DNA of 63,056 bases, the filler included, from Platydemus manokwari (Eukaryota): the NCBI GenBank assembly GCA_037951405.1. It is 6 parts of 6 records of this genome, joined end to end, with 100 filler letters (N's around TTAATTAATTAA, not from the genome) between each part and the next. Parts side by side here need not be neighbours in the genome. Positions count along the whole stretch, not along the records: positions 22,800 to 32,974 come from JBBMOY011161103.1; positions 33,075 to 43,184 come from JBBMOY011167880.1; 4 more parts are not named here. The stretch is one strand, 5' to 3'. Positions 25,393-39,779 of this stretch are shown piece after piece. Position 1 is the first letter of the stretch. Each line of letters opens with the position of its first letter. A program made the translations under genes and the position numbers. The notes beneath the pieces were generated by a model. The model did no database searches and had not been told where the DNA came from. It was given only the letters and a program-made list of their open reading frames with translations.

Positions 25393-27237
25393 TTTACAAA
25401 GCGTGTTTTAAAACTAATGTTATCTCATATAATATCAATGATTATTTCAGGCTTCGATGTATTTCTTTTTCATTGATTTTGTGAAAAATATTTTGTTAAA
25501 TATTATTTTATGGGGATGAAATTGTTGATTCTTATAATGTTTATGATGGACCTTTAGATCAAAGCAATAGCAACTGGGTAAGAAAGTATTTCAGCTGTAT
25601 TTAGTCAAGTTAAAAGAATTTATTTGATTTCAAGTGATGTACGTGAATATAAACAAAATAGAATTAATATATTAGGTCATCCGAAAAGTAATGTCCGTTT
25701 TGACAATTTCAAATTTTGATTGATATATTATCAATCAATAGGATATCCAATCTAATTTTCGTCATATCTATCGATCGTAGTATTTGTGGAGTGTAATTTT
25801 GTTGAATAATATAATAAATAAATAGAATAAATAACTTGACCTAAGTAAATTATAAATAAGATGACAATAAGAACTGCTTAATACCCGAAAATAAAATCGT
25901 AAAATAAAATGATATTACTATAGACGAGAATTTGAGAAAATAACTAGCCGTGCAATACTTTTAGATTTTCAATTGTTCAGTTTTTGTAAGATTTTTTGAC
26001 CTCTTATACCGGTACCTGCCAGTGCTCTCAGTTGATTTTATCGATTTTAATTTTAAGATCTTAGATTTTTAATTTGGGTCTTAGGTGAATGAGATTCGGA
26101 TCAGAACTTTTATTTTGAAATATAGATCAAATATGATTTTAACGTAATTACAATCACTTGATCGACGCGTACACGTTAATATCCATTTCGTACTCAGATA
26201 ATAATATATAATATTTCTTTGAGGGAAGGTATTCTTCAATAATAAATAGCATAGTTTGTAGAAACTGCGTTGATGAATGTGAACCGTGAATTGATATTAA
26301 TCCATGAACTTATCTTGTTCACTATTGGACTCGTTAAAATCTATAGCATATAACCAAACTATTTTAGAAGATGATAGCCACAAGGGTAATGGTAAAATTC
26401 ACCAATTATAACTAGGCCAAAATAGAAATTTATTTATTTGCATTTAATTATATCTAGTAGACGACTAAATTTAGAATGAAATTGTGTCTTTTATACTTTC
26501 TAATATGGTCATTTATAACTTAGTTCAAACCAAATAAAATTCAATTATATTACACCAAGAAAATACCATTTTTATTGAACATGTTTCTTTTAATTGGAGA
26601 TAAAATCTTTTTTTAATTTATTTTTATGAAGTGATATCACATATTACATATGATATTACATATTAGCCACACATAAAATATTTTAATAAACAAATCGCTG
26701 ACAGTTTAATTTCTTCGGCACTTTAATAATCTCTTTCCACGTGGTGTAGGATAAATGAAACTATTTTTTATGTATGACCATCAATTCCATATGAGAACAA
26801 TCGTTCGTATACTCATTAATATCTGTCAATTAATATAATCAATTGGAAACCTGCTAATATCTTTGAAACAGTTTGCTATTTGGTATACTGATAATATGTT
26901 CCACTTGATTTACGTGTCTTGCTTAGATTGGATAGATATGACATTCTTTGTAAGTGGTCACGTGAAAAAGATTGAAGTTGAAATAATTCAAAATGAAATC
27001 ATTTATGGTTTTGAAGCAATTTTTAATGAGATATTTAGTTAATAAAATACCTCATACATTATTTATTGATGTCATGACGCATCCGATGAAAATAATAAAT
27101 ATTGGAGATTTTCCAGTTTATGATCTGCATCACTATGTAAGATGTATGATAACACTGAACGCTTTTAATAAAAATATAACAACAACCCACCTGTAAACTT
27201 TATTTATGATGAGGACTTCATGATTTTTATTATTAAA

Positions 27238-28810
27238 GACAGATTAGCATATTGGGGGAAATATATTTCCAAGCTGAATGAGATTTCAGATTCTAATATA
27301 TCAATTCAATTCAAAGTATTTTATACTACTCGAAATACAAATATTGTTTGTATAAGTAGTATTAAATCAATAATAAATATTATATAAATAATATCATAAA
27401 TGACATTTCAAATGACAACTTTATCGATTAAGGAAGGAGATCTTTGTGAAACATTTCTGCCAAATATGTCAAATGATGCTGATGTTTGCATCATGTTATT
27501 CCCTTATTCGATGAATTTCTCGAATATCTGGGATCTGCTGACAAAGAGATTTAATTTGATAATATTGATTGATAATTTGATACGGGAAAGAGATTCGATG
27601 ATGTTAAGTTATGGTTTTGGAAAAGAAAGTTTACATGGGATGGGGATTTATTATTATTTGAAGGATGAATTTTGTGTCTTTGAAGCACAGGGTGGTTTCG
27701 GTTTTGAATTTGATTCTAAAATCGATTCTGATTATAATATCTTATAATATCGATGATGTCAATATTTGTGATACAATTATTAATTCTGATTTCATATATT
27801 TGGTTGTGATCAATTGTTTTGTTGAGTTATTTTAGATACTAGTTATTGATTTTTCATGTTGATTAGTTGAGTAAAAATAAAATTAGTTTCATTGATGTAT
27901 TATGTTTTCTAAAAGTATTCCAGAAACACAAATCGATTGAATAATAAAACATGTTCCACACAACCAAACATATTTCAACAATTTTTTTGGAATAATTATT
28001 GTTAAAAATTCCAAGATGTAAAACTAGATTGATTTATTGATTTTAATTAAATTATGAATGAAAATAAGATAACAAGGCTGATAGCTCCTGAATAGGTTAT
28101 CTGTTTGAAAATTTCTCTATTTTTGTGCTAATGAAATGTGTTTTAAAACTAATGTTATCTTTGTCTAAAATCAATTCCTATTTCTTTTTCATTTATTTTG
28201 TTCAAAATATTTCGTTAAATATTATTTTAAGGGGATAAAATTGTTGAATTCTATAAGGTTTATGGTGTACCTGTAGATGAAAGCAATAGCAACTGGGTAA
28301 TGGAACCCAGTATTTCGGCTCTATTTAGTCAAGTTAAAAGAATTTATTTAATTTCAAAAGCTGTTATGAACGAAATAGAATTAATAATCAATAATTTGAT
28401 CTAAGTAATTTATGAATAAGATGGCAATAGAACTGATTAATACGAGAAAATAAAATCGTAAAATAAAATGATATTACTATGTACGAGAATTTGAGAAAAT
28501 AACTAGCTGTGCAATACTTTCAGCTATTGTAAGATTTTTTGATCACTTATACCAGTACCTACCAATGCCCTCGATTGATTTTATCGATGGTTAGGCCTAA
28601 TGGCATTGTAGAATTATTTTGATTTTAAGATCATAGATATTAATTTGGGTCCAAGGTGAATGAGATTAGAATTAGAACTTTCATATTGAAATATATATCA
28701 AATGCGATTTTAACATAATTATCATCACTTGATCGATGAGCACACGACAATATCCATTTCGCACTCAGATGATAATATAAAATATTTCTTTGATGGAAGG
28801 TATTGTTCAA
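27238..28810 (+). pseudogene. Partial tandem duplicate of the methyltransferase-like locus
   Basis: gacagatta..atattgggggaaatatatttc.aagct.aatgagatttcagattctaat and MTTLSIKEGDLCETFL are repeated, and 28135-28810 closely matches 25400-26240. The motif I exon is absent. Confidence 0.85.
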
Positions 28811-31794
28811 TAACGAATAACATAACTTTTCTTGTGCTGTGAAAAGTTGAATGATAAACTGAAATTGTTTTCTGAAAACTCTGTTCTGCTTGAATCTATT
28901 TCTGAGGTTCGGTTCTGAAATTATGGCCCTGTTGAAATACAAATTCCTCGAAATTCTCGCGAAAATTATGGCAGTCAGCAACTGAAAGCCTTCTTTTTTA
29001 TACTGCATCACTGTGCAGTGTACCAATTAGCCACCATCTCGAGCTGGTTAACCACCAATTCCATGAATTGATGTTGTTCTGTCCTAAAATCGGTCGAAAT
29101 CATTTCGCCGATTGACTATCTTCCAGTGAAGCCAAAGTTCAATTTCCCACCACCTACACTTTTTGGTACTTTGGCCCTGATAATATGCTGAATTTACGAG
29201 AATTTCCGACCTGGGAAATTGATTTCTATTTTATTTAAATAATTCAGTTAAACAAACTGAATTATTTAATAATTTATTTTATTCATTATTTTTTAAAAAT
29301 AATTATACTTAAATACATATTCTTTAGAAAGAAATAATTTTATTTTAATAACCATTATTCTATTTTAGTTTTATTGATATATTTTCACATTTAGATCATT
29401 TCAATTCAAACTCCTTTAATCCTTTTGTTTAAATCAATCAATTTCTGTTATTTCTTTTCATTAATTATATTTAATTGGTGCGCTCTTCATTATTATTTTA
29501 ACTATATATAAATAATAATTATTATAAATATCAATATTTCAATCTGGTATTTTCTCAAAAATTCCAAAGATTGTCAAAATATAAAAAATACATATTGATT
29601 AAATAAAAAATTAATACAATAAAAATTAATACCCATTTTATACGTACTGCCATGCAAATGTATATAATATTTTTCTATGTGAATTAATTGTTGTAAGTAA
29701 CTTGTTGGGTCAGAACCCCAATAAATAAATTAGAGATCAACACAATGTTAACTAATTATTGCAGAATTTCAATCGGCATTCCGCCAAATTAGAAAACCTG
29801 GTAAACCGGAAGAGAGAAGATCAAGATTCTATATGACTAGTATTGCTCTGGAAGATAAATTGTAATTAAAGTCAAGCATATTTACCAAATTAAACAATAA
29901 GATACATTATTGTAAAATTATCAATAATTTATATCGTCGAATATTGTTCTCAATCTATAAAGCAATGCTTATTCTCGTGAACTATATTTCTCACGATTTA
30001 CTTATTTATCTGTGAAATGTTACAGCAAATTTTCATTGTAAATGCTTATCAAAACTAGATTATTAACAAGTTTTATTTTGGAATATTTAAAACAATAAAC
30101 TTTTTATTAAAATCAAATGTTCAGTTTTGTATTTGCCAGGGGTCTTTAAAGTTCATAACGTCACTTTGGTAATTATCATTCATCATCTTTTAAAAATTGG
30201 TCAATGATGAAATGATTGTACAGGCTTGATATGAACATCAACGAGAATATGTATCAAGAATAATTCAATTGTGTTTTACAAAGTACCAAACTTAAGAATA
30301 ATAAAATACTATCGTACTCCGTTTATCTTGTCCCCATAGAAGTGATTAAACGATTGTGACGAAGGAACGCCTATGATAATATTAAATTACTACCCGATGG
30401 TCATTAGAAATCAAAAGACTGGTATAAATAGTTAATATTGAAAGAACTTGAGTAAAGAAGTAACATTTCAGATTATAAATGTATTCTACAGTAGTTGTAA
30501 TAGATAACATTTGTACTAATACAATTTGATAAATTATTGCATCGTTAAGTTTGCGATGTTTAATCATTTTTACGACAAATTTAAGAATTTAAATGAGCTC
30601 TGTGGAAATAAATTAATTGTCGCAATTTAAAACATGCTGATGAAATATGATTGCTATCGATTTTAATTAAAAATCCGACTCTAATAGATGTAATTACTTT
30701 AGTAGTTATAAGACTTTTTAAATGACAAACATTAGTACTAAAATATAATTAATGAATCAAGGTAAATTAAATATGATCCAATATATCAGATGAAAATCTG
30801 ATTCAAAATAATAATTGACAATTAAAAATTTACGAATAATCAGGGTTAGTTAAATTCAAAAATATTGTTGCTGTAGAAGTCCAAAGTTTCGTAAGGCATT
30901 TTCTTTGATTGTCTTCTATGCTTTTAGCCGTAAGAGCCCTGTCTGTCACTACAGGCTTACTGATAGTTGAGACAAAAATTCAAGCAACCACTCCTTAAAT
31001 TTCAACTTATACTGTTGTTTATAAATTACTTATCAATTGAACTGGGTTCAAGTCAGGAATTTATTAAAATAATTTTCGAATACAATTGTTGAGGATGCAC
31101 CATTTCAATTCACATCCAATTCTACAAACACATCCAACACCCATCCAATTCTAATTCCAACGATATCAACAATAAACTTTTTCTTAATCAACTATACTCT
31201 TATTACAATCAATTATCAACAAACTTTATGTTTAATCAATTTTTGCACAATCCTAACAACACAAACAACACATCAGTCCCAATTCATTAATCAAATCAAA
31301 TATCTCAAGTTTCAATCAAAATCTAAAACCTCAATTCAAATCTGAAATTCCAATCCAAATAACAATCCCAACTCTTCAATCAACAATCGAGTTCAAACCC
31401 GAGCGCCCATCACCGACTTTGACTCCTATTTACCGACTTCGAATTCCATTCAATTCCATTTACCGACTTCAAGTTCCATTCATCAATATTAAACTTTTAA
31501 CTGATATTTGATTTGATTTAATTTGACTAACATTTTAATTAATTTTTGAACTCTTAAAATATCTTTACTTTGCTTAAAAATTATCTTTGATTGTGAAATA
31601 ATCATCTTTTAATTTGTAAACCGGAAGATAACGGTTATAGAGAACGACACATGGTTGAGCAATGTTAATTAAAAATTAAATAAGAGCAAAATCACAATAG
31701 CAATAATAGCGAATAATAAGAAATCAAGCACAGCAATTTTATATATTAATATAAGAAAGAAAGAATAAGAATAGTAAATTATGTTGAATAATAA

Positions 31795-31902
31795 AAATAT
31801 AATAACAATAATAATAATGATTAATAATAATAATTATTATAATAAATATTGCGATAATAATAATAGTAATAATAATAATAACCACAGTAATAATAATAAT
31901 AA
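31795..31902. repeat. Degenerate (AAT)n microsatellite
   Basis: Runs of aataataat that produce the spurious poly-Asn ORF 31781-32062. Confidence 0.85.
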
Positions 31903-32903
31903 AAGTACAATTCATGAAGATAGAATAAAATATTTAGTTTTATCTGATTGGAAACAAAGAAACCAGATCAAAATAACAAAGGAAACAAAAATATTATCAG
32001 AGAATATTTCATTATATGTGATTTTATCTGATCAGAAAAAGGCACATAACAAAGGAAAATAAATTTAGTAACGGCCATTATGCCGCATAAGTGTAAAGAA
32101 TAAATTTTATTAACAAAGAATAAAAATGTCGCCAATCATATAAATGAAACCAACAAAAATACTATATAAGAACAAGACAATTTAGTCAAACCACAACATA
32201 ACCAAAGCCTATATTCGAATTTGACGATAGAGATTATTATTCTTCTTCGACAAAGCCGAGATTATTCTTCACCGACTGGTTGCGACGGGACACTCGATTC
32301 CTTGTTGCTACGTTTAATACATTTTGGGGTTTTCATGTCCATATGAGTTATTGAAGCCCTCATAAGTGCCAGGTGAAAATAATCAACAAGCCACACCCAA
32401 TAACTTATTTAATAGATTTAGTAGATTTTTTATACTTTTCTAATTTCTGTCTTTATTTTAATCTTTCAAATTCTGAACTCATTGTGACTTTATATTTGGT
32501 TTTTAAATTTATTTTTCTGAGTAATTTGGATTTGCAATTTCTGAGAATAATGAGTTGACTCACATTGAATTTGTACGAAATGTTATTTTACACTTTGAAA
32601 TTTGGACATGTAGTCTATTATGTTCCTCAGCAATTTTATAGTTCCACGTAGTTTTTTAAAAATTCTGTCATCTTTAACACACATTTATCATCAACTTTTT
32701 TTCTCGTTCATAATAATATATTTCTTGTTTTTCAGATGTAAGTCTTTTAGTTGGGAAATCATGGAAACAAGTCTAGTGCACTTCTCAGAAAGTTTAGAAA
32801 GCGATGATGAAAATATACCCATCACTATTAGTTAATTGAAGAAAAACATGTTGAAACGGAAAATACAAGACAAAAACCAATAAAACAACAAAATACCAAA
32901 TAA

Positions 32904-32974
32904 TATTGGGTCTATAACTTAATAACCGGAATTTGACACCAGATGTAAACACTTGTGTGTGTGCTGTAGCAAAT
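32904..32974 (+). mobile_element. End of a mariner-like element running into the gap
   Basis: TA-ttgggtctataacttaataaccggaatttgacaccagatgtaaacac; reverse complement of ~22864-22934 with one mismatch. Confidence 0.7.
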
Positions 32975-33074
32975 NNNNNNNNNNNNNNNNNNNNNNNNNN
33001 NNNNNNNNNNNNNNNNNNTTAATTAATTAANNNNNNNNNNNNNNNNNNNNNNNNNNNNNNNNNNNNNNNNNNNN
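32975..33074. other. Artificial contig spacer
   Basis: N44-TTAATTAATTAA-N44. Confidence 0.97.
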
Positions 33075-35859
33075 TAATTATTTCTTTTTCCTTCAAGTAA
33101 AACATAAATTTATTATTTGATCAATAAACAATTTCGATTAGGATAAACTCATAAATAAATTAATAAATAATTAAGAAAGAGATTCATCTAATATTTATTT
33201 TTATTCGTTAATTTTCATTACTTGAACTGTAGTCAGTTATCGTGAATTATTAATTACTGGAATTAGAAATCCAGATGAAATTATTTTTATTTTGTTTAGA
33301 ATTTTTAATGATTAAATGAAGATTAGATGGATAAACATTTTTGAAATAAAATATATTTTAATTAGAGAAAGTTGTCGGTTGTAACAATTAATTATTAGAA
33401 GATTTTTCTTAGGTGGTTTGGTTGAGTTATTATAGATATTATGATGCAGTAGTCTGAGTTGAATCACTATAACTGAGTCAAAAACTAATATTAATCTTTA
33501 TGTTCCTTTCGATGACAATGAGTTGCTCTTATAGATTTTTACTTTGTTAAATCAGAAGAAGTAGTAAAGTAGTAAAAAAATTTGTAAAAATTATAATATT
33601 AGAAACCGTATATATATATGTAGTCAGGACGCTCAAAGTCCTTAATCATTTTTAAAAATTCATTAGTAATGTCTTAATAAACAATCTTTATTTAAATAAT
33701 CTACATATAATATTGTATCAATTCATAATGCTGAAAAATGTTTGTTTATGTTTATCTAAGATAACTGTGCGGTTTTATACCTTTAATCATGTCTTTAAAT
33801 ATCCTTCTATCTTACCTGTATCTCTAATTTCTTTTTAATTTGTAAAATGATGTAAAAAGGAATCGACAGACTAATAACAAATGATATAAAAATTATTGGC
33901 AATTAATATTTTAATAAATTCTGCGAATGGCGATAAAACTATTACATTAAATACCGGATAAATGAAATAATAAATTCGATCGATGCGAGCAGTGAAATGG
34001 AGCATATAAAAATAAGAAAACAATCACTAACAACCTATATGAAACTAGTTAGACAATTACTACTTGTGTAAAATTAATTGGTAGACGAAGTCCTTAATCA
34101 TTCCACTGTTTGACAGTAGCCTAGTTTCCGTATGTAAAATAATCATTAATCTATTACTTTAGTCAAATATGAATACTAGTTCGTGATTCAATAAAGAGGC
34201 CATTGTGCTATTCGGACAGAAATTTATTTGTGAATATTTATTTCTCGAGGAATTGTTACGTAATTTTTAATGTAATATTATACTCGTAATATAATCAGTA
34301 ATTCATCATCCATCAAATTTCAGTTCAAATTTTATTTCAAAATGATCAATATCACCTTACATTTTGACAATAAAAGTAAAAAATTATATTAATTCGCAAT
34401 ATGATTACACATAATATAATAAGGCTTCTCACTATAATTATAATAATTCATTATGATTCACTTATGATAATAATAATTATTATTATTATCCATTTTGGTA
34501 CTTTCAAATCTCGTCCCATTCAGATTTTCCAGCCTGTAAATTAATATTAGTAAAGTTCAATGAAACATATAGTTACTCCATGCTGATTTGAAGGAATGAG
34601 AACTGAGATCCAGTCATACCAGCCATCTAGTCAAGCATCTGTTAATAACTAAATGATAATTTGAAAATCAATTTATGTGATCGGTGATAATATCAGAATT
34701 TCCTGATCTATATATGTTTTCTGAAGAAGTTATTTAAGCAGATATTGAATATAAAACATTATTTCGGACTTACCGTGGATGGTACTTAAAATATTTAAAA
34801 TAAGTAAAAACGTATTAATAAAAAAATAAAGTACAAAAATTAATTAAATTAATTTAAAGACACCAATATTTCAATAAAGGTAGCGAAAAGTTTGATAAAA
34901 TAAATAAATTATATTTAATTTTAAAATAAACTGTCATAATTCTCTCAGTAAAAACATGGGAAAGTTAACTATAAATTTAATTTATTATATGAAAATAGAA
35001 AAAATATTAATATTCGAGGGACCATAAATTTTAGGTTGTTATATTGATATGTGGAAATTGACCACGATGAAAATAACACAAATAATTAGTCGACTCCAAT
35101 CGAATTCTCAAAAATATTTTGAACAGTGAACTGGATGAATAGTTTTTGAGTAGTTTCTAGGCAATTTTAATGAACCCAAGAGCAGTAATACAGTTTATTT
35201 GCACAAATACCTTAAAATTTATGGTAAAAAAAACAAAATGTTGAAGAAATCAATTGTTCTCTAATCGATCTTCGGTCCTTTTTTAAAAAACTAAGTTTGT
35301 GACTTGTGTTTGATCAATATGTACTTGGATTACTACTAAAAAGGAATTAATTATCTGAGATAATTTTGTTTGGTATATAACCAAACTTTAAATTTGACTT
35401 AAATTGACTTTCGAGATCATCCATTCGGTCATTTGACAACAGCGTATCAAAGTCTCAAACCACAGAAACTGAAAAAGTTAAAAGATTAAATTCATACCAC
35501 CTTAAAATCCATATAAGCACTCTTCGAACAATTTATCGACGCTCTTGTTGGGAATCTAAATCTGATATTTTCATTGTTGTTAAGTGTTGGAATTAAAATA
35601 ATATGAGCTTTTGGATCGGCTGTGACTATACTAACATTAATTAAAATTTAATACTCTCTGACAACATAGAGGTAAAGTCGATAACTTTTTATCAATATAC
35701 ATTAAAAAAAATAATAAAATAATAGAAATTTTATATAAAATAATGGCATTAACGAACTCAGATAAATTAAATAGTTCAAAGTTTCTGTTTCAATAACTAT
35801 TTGCTCAAGGAAAAATATAATGACAAAATGTGACAGCTAATAGATCATGGACCACCTAG

Positions 35860-36450
35860 ACATATATTCAACTTTTATAGACTTGTAGTATGTGTTTATC
35901 TTCTGCCTTACAGCTTTACTTTGGTTAAACCCGTCTACATATTAGTTTATATGTAGATTTTTTTATAACTCTCGTGCTGCTGGCTAATCTAGTTGTTTGT
36001 TGCCTGTTGTTGGTGTGCAAAATTTTATGATCGGCTTTTGTGGATTGATATTTTTGAGACATCTGACTGTTTATTGACATCGAACCTTTTCAGAGTTACT
36101 CAGAGGTATTCGGAAGTATTATGATTTCTTTTGTTACACTATCAACATAATTATGAAGTTTACTTGTACAGCAAAAATGACAAGTATTTGTCTTTCGTCA
36201 AACTTCTGAACATTAGGTGCTGCTTTTACGATTAAACATAAAAGTAAAGCTATCCTGCATTATTTTCGGATAATCTGCAAAGTTTGTAAATATAACTAAT
36301 TGATTCTGCTAACTTAGAATCTTGTGAAATTTCGATAATGATAAGTTTTGTGCTTGAATAATTTAACCATCTTGTTTTATCAATTTGTTGTCCTCTTGTA
36401 GTTGTACAGTTTAGAGAATTTTGTATGCTCATTTTCACAATAACGCGTTT
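35860..36450 (-). mobile_element. Degenerate retroelement fragment, possibly Penelope-like
   Basis: DKTRWLNYSSTKLIIIE resembles the Penelope N-terminal W..N.S...L...E motif. The reverse strand of 35880-36020 (gcacaccaacaacaggcaac...cacgagagtt...agacgg) recurs at 42300-42460. Confidence 0.35.
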
Positions 36451-38300
36451 GTTTATATATTTATGTTGGATTTCTATAGTTTGTCAAGATCACTTTGTTT
36501 CTAAAACCCGACTGATGAGTTTCATTTACTAATAAACATCTCTATCTATGTAACTTTAGAACAGTAAAGAGATAATACCGATCCCCCGTTCAATAATTAT
36601 ATTCTTTGTTATACAGACATGCTTGTTTTAATTAAACTGAGAATACATTTTGTAAATCAATTTAATTATTTTATTTATTATTTATTGTTTATTTAAAATA
36701 TTGTTTAAGATTTTGTATTTAAATCAAATTTTTACATGAGGGACAACCTTTGATCTAATTGTGGTCAGTTAAGTTTCCATTAACTTGCGTGTGTGAATCG
36801 TTAAATTGTTTGTAGATTATTTATAAACTCATCTGAAGATAATGTATCCGGAACATCTGAAATCATGGTTTTCTCGACATCAGTTATACCAGAAGTTTCT
36901 GTATGACATCTTGGTCATCGCAACAATTAATCACTAAAAAGTTTGACAGATAAATAACATTTCAGGATATTGTTCGTGAATAAAAGTTTTAGTACAGCGA
37001 TGATTTCTGAAGGTGTTAAAATTTCGTGGATGTGTTTTGAGAATCTGAATATAATAAATATAATAATCAAAATAATAATAGTGATTTTACTGGATAATAT
37101 TAATTTAACAAAAAATAACGAAAACCAATTGACATTTTTTTAAAAAGAAAAGGATTTTTACTAAAATGTTACATTACAGGCGAAATAATGTGCTATTTAG
37201 CACACTACTATTATTACTCCCAGGACTATTAATGGTTGTCAAAACCAAAAAAGACAAAAATTAAGTTCAATGAAAATTAGTAAGAATAAAAATAGATCAA
37301 CAAAATAGAGAAAATTAATGTGTAATTTAAATTTAAATTTTAATCATATTCAAATTATAATTTTCAAATGATATGCCCTCAAATAATACATACTTTATAT
37401 ACTTTCAAATGTAGGTGGAAACTTGCTAAAACAACTTATATGCATTCTTCGATAAATAAATTCATTGACTGTTTCTATTGTTGGACTGAAGTCAGTGCCA
37501 TTAGCCTTGACGCTAGTATTTGGCTACATCATTCTTTAGGACACGCCAGTTTTATGTAACATAATCTTAAGAATTTTTTATTAAATAAATTTTCGTTTTA
37601 AGTATTTCTTAATGGAATAAAGTTTAGGATCACATAAAAATGTATTTTTTTATCTGCATCATTATTCTCCATGTGCTTTCTAACGTTTATCTGGCTCAAA
37701 TATCATGAAATGATTTTGATTAATTTGAGTACACGTGAATAAAATATAAAATAAGCTTGATTTTTTTCGAGTGTTATTTAACTATAAATTCATTTTTGCA
37801 AATTAAAACATAGTTGAATTATATCAACTACGTTGAAAAATTTGAAATAACACTATGAAATAATTAGATTTGAAGAATTTTCAATTTCTAAAGTCTAATA
37901 AAAATAGTTGTTTAAATATTCAACTAATGCTGAAATGAACTTACATTTTAATGTTACATATAATTGCTCTATATGCAAAACTAGCTTGGAATATTTATTA
38001 GATCAATATAATGGTATTGATTATTCAATAATCTTATGTTCTCAAATTTATTTTAAGATTGCATAGCTTATCAGTGGTTAGAGATATCAAATAATAATTT
38101 AGAAAATAAGGCTACTCAGCTTAAATTAACTATTGACAAATTAAGATTTGAAGAAGTAAAGCAACATTTATCTCACAATATTTATGACGAAGGTAATTCT
38201 CGTATTAAAGTTGGTTAATTAACTTCGTTGATAGAATGTTCTTTATTAAATAATGTGTAAGATTGAAACATTTTAGTTATTGTTAACTATCAGTTTATAG

Positions 38301-39355
38301 AAGCAATTCTAAAAAACTCAAAGAACAAATTTTAGTGAGTTATGTCACAGATGATATAACAAATTGTTATAAATGCCATTTGATTCCTTTTGTAGCTTTT
38401 GATGTTGCGGATAAAAAGTTACTAGGTGATTTGATTAGTAAATTAAATTTATCATATAAGATGCCTTTGCAATTCAAATTTTTGAAACGAATTAATTCCA
38501 CACCGGGTAATACAACTAAAGTTTTGCTGTATCCCCAATCGTCGAAGTTTTGTTTTACTTTATTATATATATTTTATGTTTAATAGATTTGATTTTGACA
38601 CTGCCAAAGAATATTTAAAACATATCAGTATTTCATCGGAACTATATACTCAATATGTTTACTTCAATCCACCGACAGCGAGACATCAGTTTAATAAATA
38701 CAAATTACATTGGCCATGTACTTTCCATCCAAATTGCCAATTGGAAAAATTACTTTTGAACAATAGCGGATTTAGTGACTCAGAAATACAAAGGTGTATA
38801 ATTTTAAATAAACCTTTCAAAGTTTAATTTATATTCAGACATCATTTCCTAACGAAAAGAGCATGCGAAATCGGTGATTTGTCAAAATCAAGCAAAAAAA
38901 TTGGTGTTGTAATATATGACCCGACAAAACGTCGAATTATCACCGAAGCTTATGATTGTCGTGACACAACAGAAAATATTTTAAACCATGCAATAATGAT
39001 GGGACTTAAAAGGTTAGCCCAAAGCCAAAGTGTTAATAAATCAGACAAATTGTTTGATTTATCATTTGATGATGAAAACCCAGGTAATTAATAATTTAAA
39101 ATTAAATTTTATTCAATTCAATTAGGTGGATATCTTTGCACTGGATTGGACATCTATGTGTCAACTCCTCCCTGCCTGATGTGTTCCATGGCATTAGTTC
39201 ATTCAAGGATATCAAGATTATTTTACAAATTTGGTGAACATGACAGTGAACATATCAACGATGATGGAGTTTCGTCAAAATCTCATTTTAAATTATTTTC
39301 AATTAAATCACTAAATCATAGTTTTAATGTCTATGAAATAAATCTTGAAAAGTAA
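38301..39355 (+). CDS. ADAT3: tRNA-specific adenosine-34 deaminase regulatory subunit (ADAT3/Tad3); start exon uncertain
   Basis: Exons ~38301-38546, 38587-38793, 38839-39082, 39126-39355. Motifs [28 protein letters not shown] (no catalytic Glu), [36 protein letters not shown]. Confidence 0.93.
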
Positions 39356-39369
39356 AAAGCTTTATTATT

Positions 39370-39779
39370 TTAATAAACATGAACCATTCCATAAATAAAT
39401 GTCCAAAACAATATGTATGTTGTTAGCTCGCCGAAAATTCCATGTGTTAGCAAAGGTGATCTCGATAAGAAATAATTATTCCAGTTTCTTCCAGCTTTTA
39501 TCATCAATAATATTGACATGAACCCACTAGCAACAACATAAAATACAAACCCTAAAAGACCTGAATAACAAAAAATATTAGCTTTGATCTAAATGTTATT
39601 TAACCTGTTAATCCAAGAATACCAGCAGTCGTTCCTGAGATAGCCGCCATTGCGGATCGACAGTATGATATAACTACTGAATTGTTTTGTGTGGACAAAG
39701 GATTATATGCCACATTGTAAAATTCTTCGTCGATTTTGGGAACGGTTCCCATTTCAAAAGCACTAAAGGGACTTGCCAT
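39370..39779 (-). CDS. EMC6: ER membrane protein complex subunit 6, two exons (39605-39779, 39370-39560)
   Basis: Spliced protein MASPFSAF...[42 protein letters not shown]...[10 protein letters not shown]...[16 protein letters not shown], with the EMC6 signature C-terminus. 44-nt GT-AG intron; missed by the ORF track. Confidence 0.96.

Noticed and set aside
31781-32062. Poly-Asn ORF
   Set aside because: Translation of an (AAT)n microsatellite.
22800-32974. 70-bp inverted repeats at both contig ends suggested a 10-kb cargo transposon carrying the methyltransferase genes
   Set aside because: The TA-flanked termini face the contig interior, so the elements extend outward into the gaps. These are two separate mariner-like copies at which the assembly broke.
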